NCBI GenBank assembly: GCA_000934665.2
Contig: KZ538098.1
Span: 1 to 64,000, forward strand
Direction: 5' to 3'
Source: Catajapyx aquilonaris
Lineage: Eukaryota
DNA: 64,000 nt
The translations under genes and the position numbers were made by a program. This document shows, in pieces, positions 1 through 12,576 of the stretch (positions within the stretch are counted from its first letter, which is position 1; each line of letters opens with the position of its first letter). The notes under the pieces were generated by a model. That model worked only from the letters and a program-made list of their open reading frames with translations. It ran no database searches and was not told where the DNA came from.

Positions 1-2128
1 GGTGGATCACCGAAAGGAAAATTATTCCTTTTCAGTTTAATAAACATATTGAACTAAAGGTTAGAAACAGCAGTATGGTCACCGAAACACATCCTCAAGA
101 TGATGCCAGAAATAAAACCCAAAAGGCATGTACCAATGAAGAAAGACTATCCGGATATTCAGTGGTCAACAAGGATAATCACAGACTCGAAGAGAGAAAT
201 CACACAGAGACTGGAACGGTCCTCAGGCTTCGTGATTCTGATTCTGAAAGTATTTGTGGTAATAACGATCCTCAGAAATTGGAAAGGGCTTGCAATACGG
301 TCGAGGAAAATCGCAGTGATAATATTCATAAACAATTATGTACTTTCTCGGGCACAGAAAATAATGTCAATGTCATGCAGTTGAAGGACATGGGAAATGA
401 CACAACTCCGAAGAGAGAGGACATTTCAATCGTTTCCGAGGAAGAGAACCACTCAGAAGAGCATAACATAAGTGTGACATGTACAGTCGGCAATGATCAG
501 AGCGAGACACCTCTTCCGATGACATCATCTGACCATGACAAGAATCTGACAGAAATCACTGACAGTGCAGATGTCAATGCGAAGAGTGAGCTTGACCACA
601 ATTCTGGCAAAAACACACTTCCGGTGGTAAAGGCGCACATTATTTGTGTACAAGCAGATGATCGGAAGAGGAGTAATGGTAATGACATCACGAGTTCAGA
701 AGACTCACCAAAATATGTCGATGACAAGAATGCAGAAGAATTAACTCCAATAATAGATATCGATTCTGAAAAGAACAGCGATAATGGCAGTGAAATACAT
801 AACTACCGATTCAAAACTGTACCAAAAGGCCAATTGCAAAATGAAGACGCTGACTACAACATGTGCAAAAAAGACATCTATGCGGATGAAGCTTCTGCCA
901 ATAAACCCGGTCAAGGGTTTGAAACGAACAAGGCGGAAGACATAAACAATGCCTACGAGCAAGAGTCAGCTCTCAGTACTGAAGAGGTAACATGCACAAA
1001 TGTAGGTAATGAAAGTACTTGCCACGATTTGGAAGTTGCCATTAAATGCAAACAATCCTTCGAACAAGCGGAGAGTTATTCAACAGGTGCATCAGAAATA
1101 ACATCCGGAGATGACAATGAGCATGAAAACATTATTAAAAGTGTAAATGACGTACATCACTACCAATTAACTTCAGACCAAATATCAGGCAATGCATATG
1201 ACATTACTGGCCAAGAATTAGACAACGGCTTTGATCACAAATCACGATTACCATCAAGAGGTTTGCGAGAAAATATGTCCGAAATGACGTCGGGAGACGC
1301 CAGTAAAAAGGAAAACACTGGATGTGACTTACATCAATACCAGTTAACGTCAGACGAACTATCACACCACCAAATCGACATTATTGGCCATGAAGTCGAA
1401 AACGACCATGAACAGATGTCACGATCATCAAAGAGTTTGCCAGAAGATTTGTGCATATGCAAGAGCAGTAGGAGAAAGATAGGCTTTAATGCTAACGTAA
1501 AATATACCGGAGGAATTTTGCACATTACCAAGAAAAATTTGTCTTCCTGTGACACGGAATGGAGATGTCGGGGAAATACTTGCGTCAAAATCACTTTATA
1601 TGTAAGTAACGTAAACCTATAATTTTTATTACTCGTATTATTGTGCAATGACTTCATAACATTTTAGAAATTCAATTTCAGGGAGGGCTAGTCAAGAACG
1701 AAGAGTCTGATTGCAGTGGTCCTGGTCAACTGACTTCCATCATTGACGTCAATGGCATTATCGCTGTTGAATCACGCTCAACAATAGATCCAGTCACCGA
1801 TAAAAGCTGTGGTCTAAGACAAACAGAGTTAGATGAAGTGCGGGCCGAATTGCAGGAAATTCGCGACAAGGAAGCCACGGGAGAAAGAAAAGACGCTGCC
1901 AGAAGGCATTTGGAGGAATACGTTTACGAACTGAAGCATGTCTTGACATACGAATCAGGTGGTGACGAGACCTGCAAAGAAGAGAATCGTCGGGCGACGG
2001 TCGAGTGCGACCAAATGTTGGACTTTTTAGATGATGAAAGCGAGCAGACAGAGGAAGTCATGTTTGTCGATAAACTGAAAAAGTTCAAGGAAGAGTTCGG
2101 TTACATTATGAAAAGGAGAAATAAATAA
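1..2128 (+). CDS. 3' part of a divergent HSP70-like gene (G1): long acidic/low-complexity exon (<1-1601), then a last exon (1682-2128) with degenerate SBD-beta and lid helices
   Basis: The frame is open from the window start. Donor GTAAGT at 1602 and acceptor CAG at 1681, phase 0. Last exon reads 'TSIIDVNGIIAVE...ARRHLEEYVYELK...CDQMLDFLD', resembling HSP70 'TFDIDANGILNV...AKNALESYAFNMK...CNEIISWLD'. Layout matches G2 and G3. The NBD would lie upstream of the window. Confidence 0.7.
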
Positions 2129-2534
2129 TGAGCGCCATTTATTATCGCAAAGTGGACATAATAATTAATATGCAATCAAGTACACGGTATCACTGCAATC
2201 AGCTGCTTATTTTTCACTTCCCAGCATTAAAAAAACATTTCCGATCTCCCCTCAAGGAGTCGATAAATTATATTAATCACTTAATTTTTCCCCTACAGAA
2301 TGCCTATAAAAAGAAGCTTCATTTTGTAGGTGAACTTCTTGTTAGTTTATTTTAAAATGTTGTTGCAATCAATTGCTGTAGTTATTCTATTTGGCAGTTG
2401 GAAATATTATCACGAGACTATCTAATCACATGCGCACACCCGATTTCAATGGTAACGAGATAACACGCGAATGATAAAAAAGACACTGACATTTTATCGC
2501 ACATACATTGGCAGCCTTTGAAAGAGTGTCGGAA

Positions 2535-5073
2535 ATGGCTTCTGCCAAGTTTCCTGTTGCTGGGATTGATTTGGGCACCTCCGAGTCCAGAATTGCAGTG
2601 TGGAAGGATGGAAAGGTCCAGATGGTTCCAGACCTTTACACAGGGCAATCGTCCATCCCGAGTTATGTCTCGTTCACTGAGGGGCATGTTTTAACTGGAG
2701 AGTTGGCTAAACAACAGGTCAGCACTATGATCTTGTTTCATTTAGCAGAGTAACTGAAACACTAAGTTGTTCGTAATATTTTTCAACCAGCTTTACTATT
2801 GTCATTTGGTTTTCTTACAGATGGCTACCAACCCGAAGAACACTGTGTTCGAAGTGAAGCGCCTGATTGGTCGAGGATACGACGGATCCATTCCACCAAT
2901 CGGAAGATTTGGCTGGCCTTTTCAAGTACTGCCGTTCACTAGTGGTAAAGCCCGTATTGCAGTCATGGGAAGCAATAACATGATCACGTATTATCCGGAC
3001 AACATCATGTATCGTATACTGGAGGTAATGCTGATGAATACAAAGCAATTGCTACCTCTCGGCGTGACCCAAGCAGTAATGACGGTTCCAGCTTATTTCA
3101 AAGAGTTTCAAAGAAAGCAAGCGACGAGTGAAGTGGCAGACATGGCCAAGATCAGACTTATTCGAGTCATCGACAGCTGCACGGCTGCTGCTCTTGCCTA
3201 CTCTCACAAGAAGGGCCTGAAGACTGCAACTCATGTGCTGATCTATGACATGGGCACTTACGCATTCCAAGCCTCGGTGATGAAAGTGAACGACTTTCAT
3301 GTTGAGACGATTGTAAGCGAGACCAACGCTTTTCTGGGAGGCAAAAACTTGGACCGAAGTCTGATGTTATGCTGCTTGAATGAGATCATGAGGATTCAGA
3401 AGCTGGATTTGAGGAATGACCTCCAGGCACGAACTAAGCTCTATTCGGCGTGTGAAGAAGCCAAAAAAATGCTATCCACCCAGAATGAGGTCACTATACG
3501 AGTTGATAAACTTTCAAAGAATTTGAACTTCACCTGCAAGGTGGGCCGTGTTCAGTAATTGAAGGGATGGAATGCAAGAAGTTTCATCTACAAAAATCCC
3601 TTTCGGCTGTTTAAAGATTTCAACAAACTAGAAGGGTATGATATTCCTCTACTTTTTGCTTTCAACCCCTTCAATTACTGTGTTTACATAAAATAATACA
3701 AGGTAACTTCTTGTGCATAGTCATATTCGAATTTCCATTTTCCACTTACCTGTGCATCCTGTTTTCTCTTTACGACAGATTTCTCGGCAACTTTTTGAAG
3801 ACTTTGCCATTATTAGCATGGTAAATAGCACTTTGGATCTTGTGGCACGTGCACTGTCGAAAGCAGGAATAAATAGAAGCCAAATAAAGGATGTTGTCCT
3901 GGTCGGAGGATCTACACGCATTCCAAAGCTGAGAGATATGGTAAAGGAATTCTTCAACTTGCAAGAGCTGGACCAGTGCGTGGATCCGGAGGATGTACTG
4001 GTCTATGGCGCTACTGTACAAGGTGCTCTTTTAAACAACGACATAAAAAGCAACAGTACGAGCAGCACAAAGAAAAAAGTTTCTCCCAACCCATTTGGAG
4101 AGTACAGGTACACCACGGGTAGAACAAATACCTCAAAAAAGAGAAGTAGCCAGTTTCCACTAGCTGCTGGTTTGAAAAGTTCTGATTTAAGTGGAAAGGA
4201 CATGAATCAAAGGGTAAATCGCAATATCGAATTTCTTTCTACCCAATCAGAGGTCATGAAAGGTAAATCACATGCCCAAGACCTATTTCAAAAAATATCC
4301 CAGCATGATTATAACATGTCCTTAGTCACAGAAGGGCAGAAAGGTGCAGCTGGTGCACCACCCGGCCTCTTTGGAAAGTCTGGAACCCAGCGCTTTACGA
4401 GAAATAATACAAGCGAACCCCGAAATTGGTTTCTGAGTGCTCCAGTGGTTGTCAGCTTGAGCGGAGCTATTTTGCAAATTTCAAAGAGAAAATGGATATC
4501 GCATTCTAACGCAAAGTCTAAAGGAAAGATGGTTAGAATCATAGTCCCTGTAAGTAACATACTTTTTTATTTTTTATGACACAAGATTTCATCCGGAATC
4601 TCCAATATTTCATACTTACTTTAATTTAGTTCCAGGAAGGGATTACCTACAGTGATTCTGGCCGTAGTATTGAAATATCATTAAATGTCAACTCGGACGG
4701 AATTATTCACGCGAAAGCAGTCAAAACATTACCTGGACTGAGCAACAACACAGGAACCAGGAACAAAGACGATCTAAGGAACACCGATTTGTTAGAAATG
4801 AAGAAGGAAGCAGAACAGTTCCGCAAAAAGGAAGCAATGAAGATGGAAAAAGAAGACGCAAAAAGAGAATTGATTAGCAGGGCATACTCATTTAAAAAGG
4901 AGGTGGAATCAGGACACTATTACAAAAAATTATCCCAAAGTGATAAACAGCAAGTGAAGGATGAGTTCAATAAAGCTTTGAATTTTTTTGAGGAAAATGA
5001 ACAGGCCGAACCAAGCACACTTGAGAATGTGATGGAGAAATTGGAGCAAAATATTCGTCGTTTTTCGGTCTGA
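2535..5073 (+). CDS. Divergent HSP70-like gene G2; exons 2535-2717, 2821-3540, 3779-4549, 4630-5073
   Basis: Motifs [40 protein letters not shown] and C-terminal 'IEISLNVNSDGII...AKRELISRAY'. Three phase-0 GT-AG introns keep the frame. Confidence 0.85.
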
Positions 5074-5918
5074 AAATGATTGATGACAACATACTGTTCC
5101 TGATATTCATTAGAAAGAACTAGGGTGGGCATTTTAACAATGTCGACTCTGTACTCGTATATGGAATTTGAGATAGGCTGAGATAATATTCAAACTTTTA
5201 TATGTTGCTGTAACACTTCATGTCAGTGTGAATTATGCATTATAACAAAGTGTACGTATATACCTTAAAATAAGACTTACCTTAAACCCAGGACTAGCCC
5301 AGGACAATCGCCGATTTTCCGCATGGATATCCAGGTGATATAATTCTTATTTTTCAAGTGGTTGCTGTATATATGGACCTGTGTAAATTGACCGAAAGAT
5401 TGAGTGGAATATAATGATGCAGAGCTGATAAATTTCTCTCAGAGTTGTATTATGATTTGTGTACTACATTATATCGCTAGTCAATAAATCATTCTCAAAT
5501 TTCAATATAATCAATCAAATTTCATGATTATAATTTCTTTTTATTACTCAGAAGCAGAATAAATTGAGGCAGCAACGCCAGTGGTCCTTGAGGGTAAGAA
5601 TATTTTTTATATTTTTATATTTTTTTAAAGTCGTAGGTATAGCACGCAAAGATTCTGCGAAGTATCTTTAGGAGCGTAGTGAAATTAAATGCCTAGAGTT
5701 ACACATGATATAGATAATGAGGTCTGCCAGTAAAATTAATATCTATCACGTAGATTAATCTTTGTGATAAAAGGTCTCGAACATCTACAAGGACTATAAG
5801 ATAATGTAAACAGAGGTTGTGACTATTCACCTGATAATAATTCATTTATTCCACAGGAATACGTCAGCCTGTAAAGTAACAAACTTCTAAATAAAACTGA
5901 TTTTATTATTGAATTACT

Positions 5919-8561
5919 TTAATACATGAGTTTATAAATTAATGGTTGGATCCTCGTCTTGAAATCCCTCAACAGAACTTCGTAGGTGTTTTTTTCTGCC
6001 GGTCCTATCTCGTCTATAATGTCCAGCATTTGGTAGCACGCGTTCTCCAGCCATTCCTCCTCATCTTCAGAGATCTTGCCTTCCCATGTATCTGCAACCA
6101 CATTCTTCAATTCGTACACAAAGTTCTCCAGGTCGGTCTTGGCAAGGTCTCTCTCCCGTCTAATTAATTCGTTCCGCCTTAATTCCTTCAGTTCTTCCTT
6201 CATTACTGACAGCTCCGTTTCCTTCTGCTCATCTGCTTGATTATTACCGGCGACAATGAAATTCCGCTGACCCGTGACTATTTTGGTGTAATCTGAGACG
6301 TCAGTAATTCCGTTGGCATCGACGCTGACAATCACTTCTCTATGATGATTTGAATTATTGCTGTAAATCACTTTCTCTATACTTCTTCCCTGAAACTGCA
6401 ACAAAACACAATATCAAAATTTGTGAGTCAAACTTAATCTTCTTGGGCTAAAATTAATTTAGTCATCGTACATAATATGATTACTTTTTTTTCCAAGGAG
6501 TGCTGCACAAAACAACCAAAGGTATGTAGGCTTATACACTTGGTAACAGATAGATATTTACTTACGGGCATAGACATGATGGCACATTTTCTTCCCATAT
6601 TTTCACACCGAATATACTTGGGAATTGATTTTTCCTTGAAAATGCTCACAATTCCTCTAGTGTACGTCATATCAAAGGTTAAATCGACTTCTTCGTCCTG
6701 ACTGCTTCTACCTGGAGACAGCTCTTCCACATGGTGCTCATTTCCTTGTTCCGTAATTTTGTCAAAATTTGTCACTTTGCTTCTGTTCCTTTTGAGCTTC
6801 CGTGTGTCCGAGATGACATCATTTTGTGTAGGTTCGTTTAAAACGGGACCAGAAAAACGGTACTGATGCATATCATTACCTTTGTCCCTGATATGTTCGT
6901 AAGAGGCTACTCTTTTGGGACGTTGTTTGACCTTTTGTTCAGGTATGTGTCCTGATCTGGTCGTCAGGTCATCATAGGACATACTGTAATCAAACGATTG
7001 CTTTTCTTTTCGACGAGTGCTTTTAACACTGTTGTGGTTATGAAAGCCATTTTGACTGCCAGATGAATCTTCCCTTTTGATCTTAGGCTTACTTCCCTGA
7101 GCAGATTTCATGCATTTCTGTGTCACACCGTTTGACGTAACTGTTTCGCTTTGAGCAAACCTGACCTCCTTAGGTTTATTGATGTGAATTGGCCTGATAC
7201 CCTCAACTGTGCTCTCTTGTTGTATGCTCTCGTTCAGAAGAGCACCTGCAATTGCAGCTCCATAAACAACAGCTTCCTGCGGGTCGACACACTGGTCCAG
7301 CTCTTCTCTCTCGAAGTGATCCCTCACCATCTCCCTCAATTTTGGTATTCGGGTTGATCCCCCCACAAGAATCACGTGATTTATATGAAATTTTTTGATC
7401 CGGGCTTTTTCCAGAGTACTTTCCACGATGTTGAGCGTGTCCTTGATGAAGCCTGTGTACAGCCCTTCGAATTTTTGTCGCGAAATCTGCGGGAAATAAT
7501 AACCAATTAGTAGTCTACAGTTCAACTCAAATTCAGCGAAAATTTATGTTATTTTTTTCAACATGGTTGAACTTTACCAGTCTAATACTGTACCTTACGA
7601 GTGAAGCTAAAATCATTGCATAGACAATCAACTCTAATTGTTGCCTCATATCTCTCGGACAGTGTCTTTTTGGCTTCTTCACATGCAAGTAAAAGCTTCC
7701 ATTGTGCTTCGAAATCATTTCTCAAGTCTATTTTGTGGCATCGCCAAATCGCGCTCAAACAGTAAGACAACAAGCACAGGTCGATGTCACTACTTCCAAG
7801 GTTTTTATCGAAATCCGTCGCAACAATTTTAGGGTCGAAGTTCTGCACATCCAGCACTGACACTTGGAGCACATATTTGCCCAATTCGTACACCAGCACG
7901 AGACCCGCGTCCTTCAGATTCTTTTCGCAACAATAGGCAAGTGCAGCAGCCATGCAATTGTCGATCACATGAAGCACATTTATTTTGGCTATCTCCGCAA
8001 TGTCTATTGTTGCTTGCTGTCGTTGGGCCTCGTTGAAGTAAGTCGGGACTGTCATCACCGCTTGGGTCACCTGGTGATCCAAAAATTCGTGGGCATTTTT
8101 TAGCATTCGCTTCAACACGTATGATAAAATGCGTTCTGGGTAATACTCTCGAGGCGCCCCATTTTTCTCCACTTGAATGTGAGCTTTTCCACCGCTAACT
8201 GACACTTCAAATGGCCAGTAAAACTGGTCAGTCGGCGGAAGAGAGCCGTGGTCACTTCGTCCGATCAGACGCTTCACATCGAAGACTATGTTCATCAGGT
8301 TGGTTCCCGTCTGTAACTAAGGTAAAAATGTTTCAGTATTTTTAAACCAGTTTTATCTATAGAGATAGGTCTAACCTGCCTTTTGGCGTATTCTCCGACG
8401 TACGTTTTCTTCCCGATGAATGTGACGTAACTGAGCGTAAAAAGCTTTCCTTCTGCGTAATAGTTGGGTATGATCTCTACTTTTCCATCTCTACACACAG
8501 CCATTCGTGACTCGGAAGTGCCTAGATCTATACCCACAACAGGCGGTCTTGTATTGTCCAT
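5919..8561 (-). CDS. Divergent HSP70-like gene G3; exons 8561-8376, 8310-7594, 7486-6566, 6395-5919
   Basis: Motifs [43 protein letters not shown], 'VSVDANGIT', 'AKTDLENFVY'. Phase-0 GT-AG introns at the same positions as in G2. Confidence 0.85.
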
Positions 8562-8697
8562 TTCCGAGCCACAGTTTATTCCTTATTAGTCACTTCCTTA
8601 TCTTTATTTGCTGCCTCTTTATTTTAAATCTGAAACGAAATTTTTTTGTCTACAGTTCCATTACAGAGCCTATTTTGTGAAAAGCTCTAGTCTATCC

Positions 8698-8698
<1 letters not shown>

Positions 8699-8772
<74 letters not shown>
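8699..8772. repeat. (TAT)n microsatellite
   Basis: About 24 perfect TAT units. Confidence 0.95.
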
Positions 8773-8773
<1 letters not shown>

Positions 8774-9466
8774 GAAAGCACGTCTTACCGGTGTTAGGAC
8801 TATGTAATTGAACTGCTGTCCAGCCATATTTTCCTGGCGTGAATATTGCGGATTGCACGAACATGTAAGTGTATTCCAAGTGGAAACACGAAGCATCCTT
8901 CCATTTTGCACTGTTATCTTGTTACTACAGCAGCCAGGGGGTGATAAGGTGATTAGATAAACATTTGATAAAGGTAGGATGTCGTGGTCGTCAGAGAGAG
9001 GCAAAAAAATACTTGCGTAACTACACTTACGTATAACATTGTGAGCCAACAAATGAAAAGTTAAAGTTACCGGAAATTATTATGATATCGCAAACTTGTA
9101 GAGTGTGCATTAGGAGCATGTCACAAGATATTTAAAATATTTATTCTTATCTCTTCGTGGTTGCATGCTGTGAAAAATTCACAAACCACTATTTTTTAAT
9201 ATTTTATCATTATGCGCACTTCAGTATAACATTCAAAAAGTCAGGACTTGGTTGAGATTTATTGTTACATAATGATTACATCGTGTTTTAGACTAATTTT
9301 GGCAAGTACAACTACGTAGCCTTGGAATTACAGTCCGAAAGGAAATGTGCAACATTAATATAGGAACAACTTGTATAAATGAAAGAGAACGAACCAATGC
9401 AATGAACAGCAGCCCAGTCATCCAAAATTATGATAGTCTCAAATATTGCTTGCTTTTCCCTATAAG

Positions 9467-11300
9467 CTACTCATCGTCACTTATGTTGTATGATTGTCTG
9501 TAGACGTGAAGGTTTTCTATCTGTTCCCTTAATCGGTGGTCATGTGGTGTCGATTCCTTTCCTTTTGCTCGGAATAGTCGTACACCGCAAGTGTTGGGCT
9601 CCTTCATCTCCGCCTGATTGTTCTGATGGAATTGCTTTGCGTCATCGCATTGACAATCCGGTCCGCAGGATGCTGAGGAACTCTTGGGATCTTCCAATTC
9701 GACAACCGGTTTCTAAAAAGCAGATTTGCTGATATTTCTGTCTAATTTTTCTGACTATTGTTGTGCCTACCTGAAGGCGTACGTCATCCTCAATCGAGTG
9801 TTTAGTACTAACATCCACTTCAATAACAGGATGAAGAGAGACGGCTTGCATAGCAGCTCCAGTCACAACTGTTTCTTCAGGACGGGCATTGTTGCAAATA
9901 GCTTTGCCTTTGAAGAAAGCCTTCACCATGGCCTGTATTCTGGGGATGCGAGTGGAACCCCCAACCAAAACCACGTCGTCAATATCACTCTTGTCCACAC
10001 TGGCATCGCAGAGAGCTTTTTCCACAAAGTGCACGGTCCTTTGGAAAAGGTCCAGGCACAGAGAATCTAACCGGATTCGTGTCAACTGCAAAGTAAGTTG
10101 TAAAACTTAGACCGGTCTAATGCATATTGATGGTGCATCGTATACCTTGAGGCACAAGTCGATTCCGTCGCATATGTTGTCAACGACGATTGGCGCCTCA
10201 ATAGAGCTGGCGAGTGTTTTCTTGGCTTTCTCGCAGACTAGTCGCAGTCGATCCATTGCCATTTGATGCCCTGTGATGTCCACATTATGCTTGTTCTTCA
10301 ACCATCTGACGTAAAAGTCAGCTACACGATTATCAAAGTCTCTTCCTCCCAGGTGAGCGTCGCCACAGGTGGACATGACCTTGAAGGTCAGGTTTGTGAT
10401 AGTCAGCACTGTGACGTCAAACGTGCTTCTTCCGAGATCGTACACCAACACGTTTCTCTCTCCAGTCGACTTCTTTTCCAATCCGTAGGCAATGGCTGCT
10501 GAAGTTGGTTCGTTGATCAATCTGATCCCTGTGAAGCCAGCGATCTGTCCCGCGTCTTTGGTCGCCTGTCTTTGGGCGTCGTTGAAATACGCCGGTACCG
10601 TCACCACTGCGTCGGTCACCTTTGTCTTCAGAGCAGATTCGGCTCTTGCTTTCAAATTGGCCAAAATCATTGCACTAATTTGCTCAGGGTAAAACCGCTC
10701 CTTCTCTCCGTGCTGCTGGACTTCAATGGAAGGTTTACCAGCATCGTTCACAACAGGAAAACTCCAGGACTTCAGGCTCCTCTGGACTTCTGGATGGTCA
10801 TAAGTACGGCCAATCAAGCGCTTCATGTCGTAAACAGTATTCTCAGGTGTTATCACCATCTGAAAAAATGTACAGTAGGCTCCAGGGTTATCCGCAGAAA
10901 ATATTTTAAATAAATAATCATAAATATAATACTTACATTTTAATATCCAGCATGAGGTGTTTTAATTGCAATATAGTAGCCTACTCTTTTCTCATTGACA
11001 TCCTTTATTATTGTTTTTTATTGTTTTGGTTGATATGTGCATATGCATTATTTGTGTACTAACCTACACCATAGCATAGGTGTGTACAGTAAAGTACTAA
11101 TACACTGTACATGAGAAATTAGTTCTTGCCTGCTGCTCAGCGGGGTCTCCAACAAGCCGTCCTCTGTCAGTGAAAGCGACGCAATTAAGGGTAGAAAGGT
11201 CCCCATGCTCGTTATAGAGGACCTTGACATGACCTTCGTGCCACACTGCCAGTCGAGAAGTTGTGGTTCCCAAGTCAATTCCAATCGCCTTCCGGTCCAT
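9467..11300 (-). CDS. NBD-only HSP70-like gene G4; exons 11300-11130, 10859-10146, 10085-9771, 9712-9467
   Basis: Motifs [45 protein letters not shown]. No SBD follows; the last exon is a short unrelated tail and is less certain. Intron 1 donor is GC (CAG|GCAAGA). Confidence 0.75.
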
Positions 11301-12576
11301 TAGTCTCCTCTACCTGATAAATCACAGACTGAAATGGAAGGTCCGGTACTGAATTAAAGGCGTGATTAGGCGACAAAGCTAATGTCATTGACTCATTGTT
11401 GGCAACAGCCTGATTCTCTAGATATAGGATAATAATGCTCATACTAATATTCATTACCTGCAGCTTGAATAGTAACGCTAATAATCGATAAAGCGAAAAA
11501 TACCACAGTATCAAGTAAGTTCTTTTATGTTACTACCTTTAGGAGTATCCATTAATGGCCGACTTTTATCTATTCTCTCTCCTATCTCTTCCTCTTCAGG
11601 CGATTATCTTACCGTTATGGTGCTATCGCGGACTTGCAGTGCAGTCCTGTCATGCCACGTAAATGTTCCCTTGAGGAATATTATACGGCCGCAAAGAACA
11701 GTCTATATACAACATTATTTTGTACAATAGAATTTTTTTGCATAGGCCTACTCATTTGTCACAACTGACGTCCAAGTATCAAGTAGTACACCTATTATTG
11801 GATATTTAATGCATTCTGATAATGAATTAAGTTTTTTAAATAAAGTGTAGATGTACTGTCTACGACATACCTCGTTACGCTGATTACGGACCAAATACAA
11901 TTATATCATTAGGTTCTCAGCAGGTCGAGCGCGCTGTATGAATCCGACAACACGAACGAACTGATGACTCTTCCATCTTACGTGTAAAAAGTTATCATGT
12001 AGCTGCTTGTCACACAGCACGCAGGGTATTTTAACCATTATAAAATATGTAGCCTACAGTATTATGTTACAAAAGGATACCGGTAATATCTTTCTGTCAG
12101 GACAGCAATATATTCATTCGCAATATGCAAGTTTTCGTTATAGGGTCGACCTCAACATGCCCGTTGAGCCGTATTAATAAATTAAAGTTCGGATTGACTG
12201 CCTGATGAATATGGCATCAATATGGGTTCAAACATTACCTGATTCTCTCCCATTCAAATAATGGCTCAAACGTCATAACAGGCCGTACAACTGCTAATAA
12301 TAATTTACACAAAAAATTGGAAATGAGTGAAAACTCATTACATTTGTCTCGGTAAATGTACGGTCCGTCTTTATGGATATGAGCCAGAAAATTCACAATT
12401 ACACTGAAAAAAGTCACACTTTATTTTTACACATAAATGCATAAAAATATTTGAAGTTGCAACACAATTTTAATTAGAAAATCAGACATTACAAACAAGA
12501 CAAAATATGAGGCAGAAACGTTGTCTCTTGTGATTGAATGGGCATTATTTCGGACATTTCTGGCAGTCTTTTCTTC

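Noticed and set aside
5282..5598. Possible piggyBac-like element (TTAAACCC...GGGTAA)
   Set aside because: The terminal match is too short and imperfect, and there is no second copy in the window.
8608..9052. ORFs with poly-Tyr and poly-Asn runs
   Set aside because: They are translations of the (TAT)n microsatellite.
11301..11320. G4 as the second half of another fused gene (acceptor TTATCAG just upstream)
   Set aside because: The 13 nt to the ATG are out of phase for a phase-0 join and no upstream NBD exists; more likely a 5' UTR intron.
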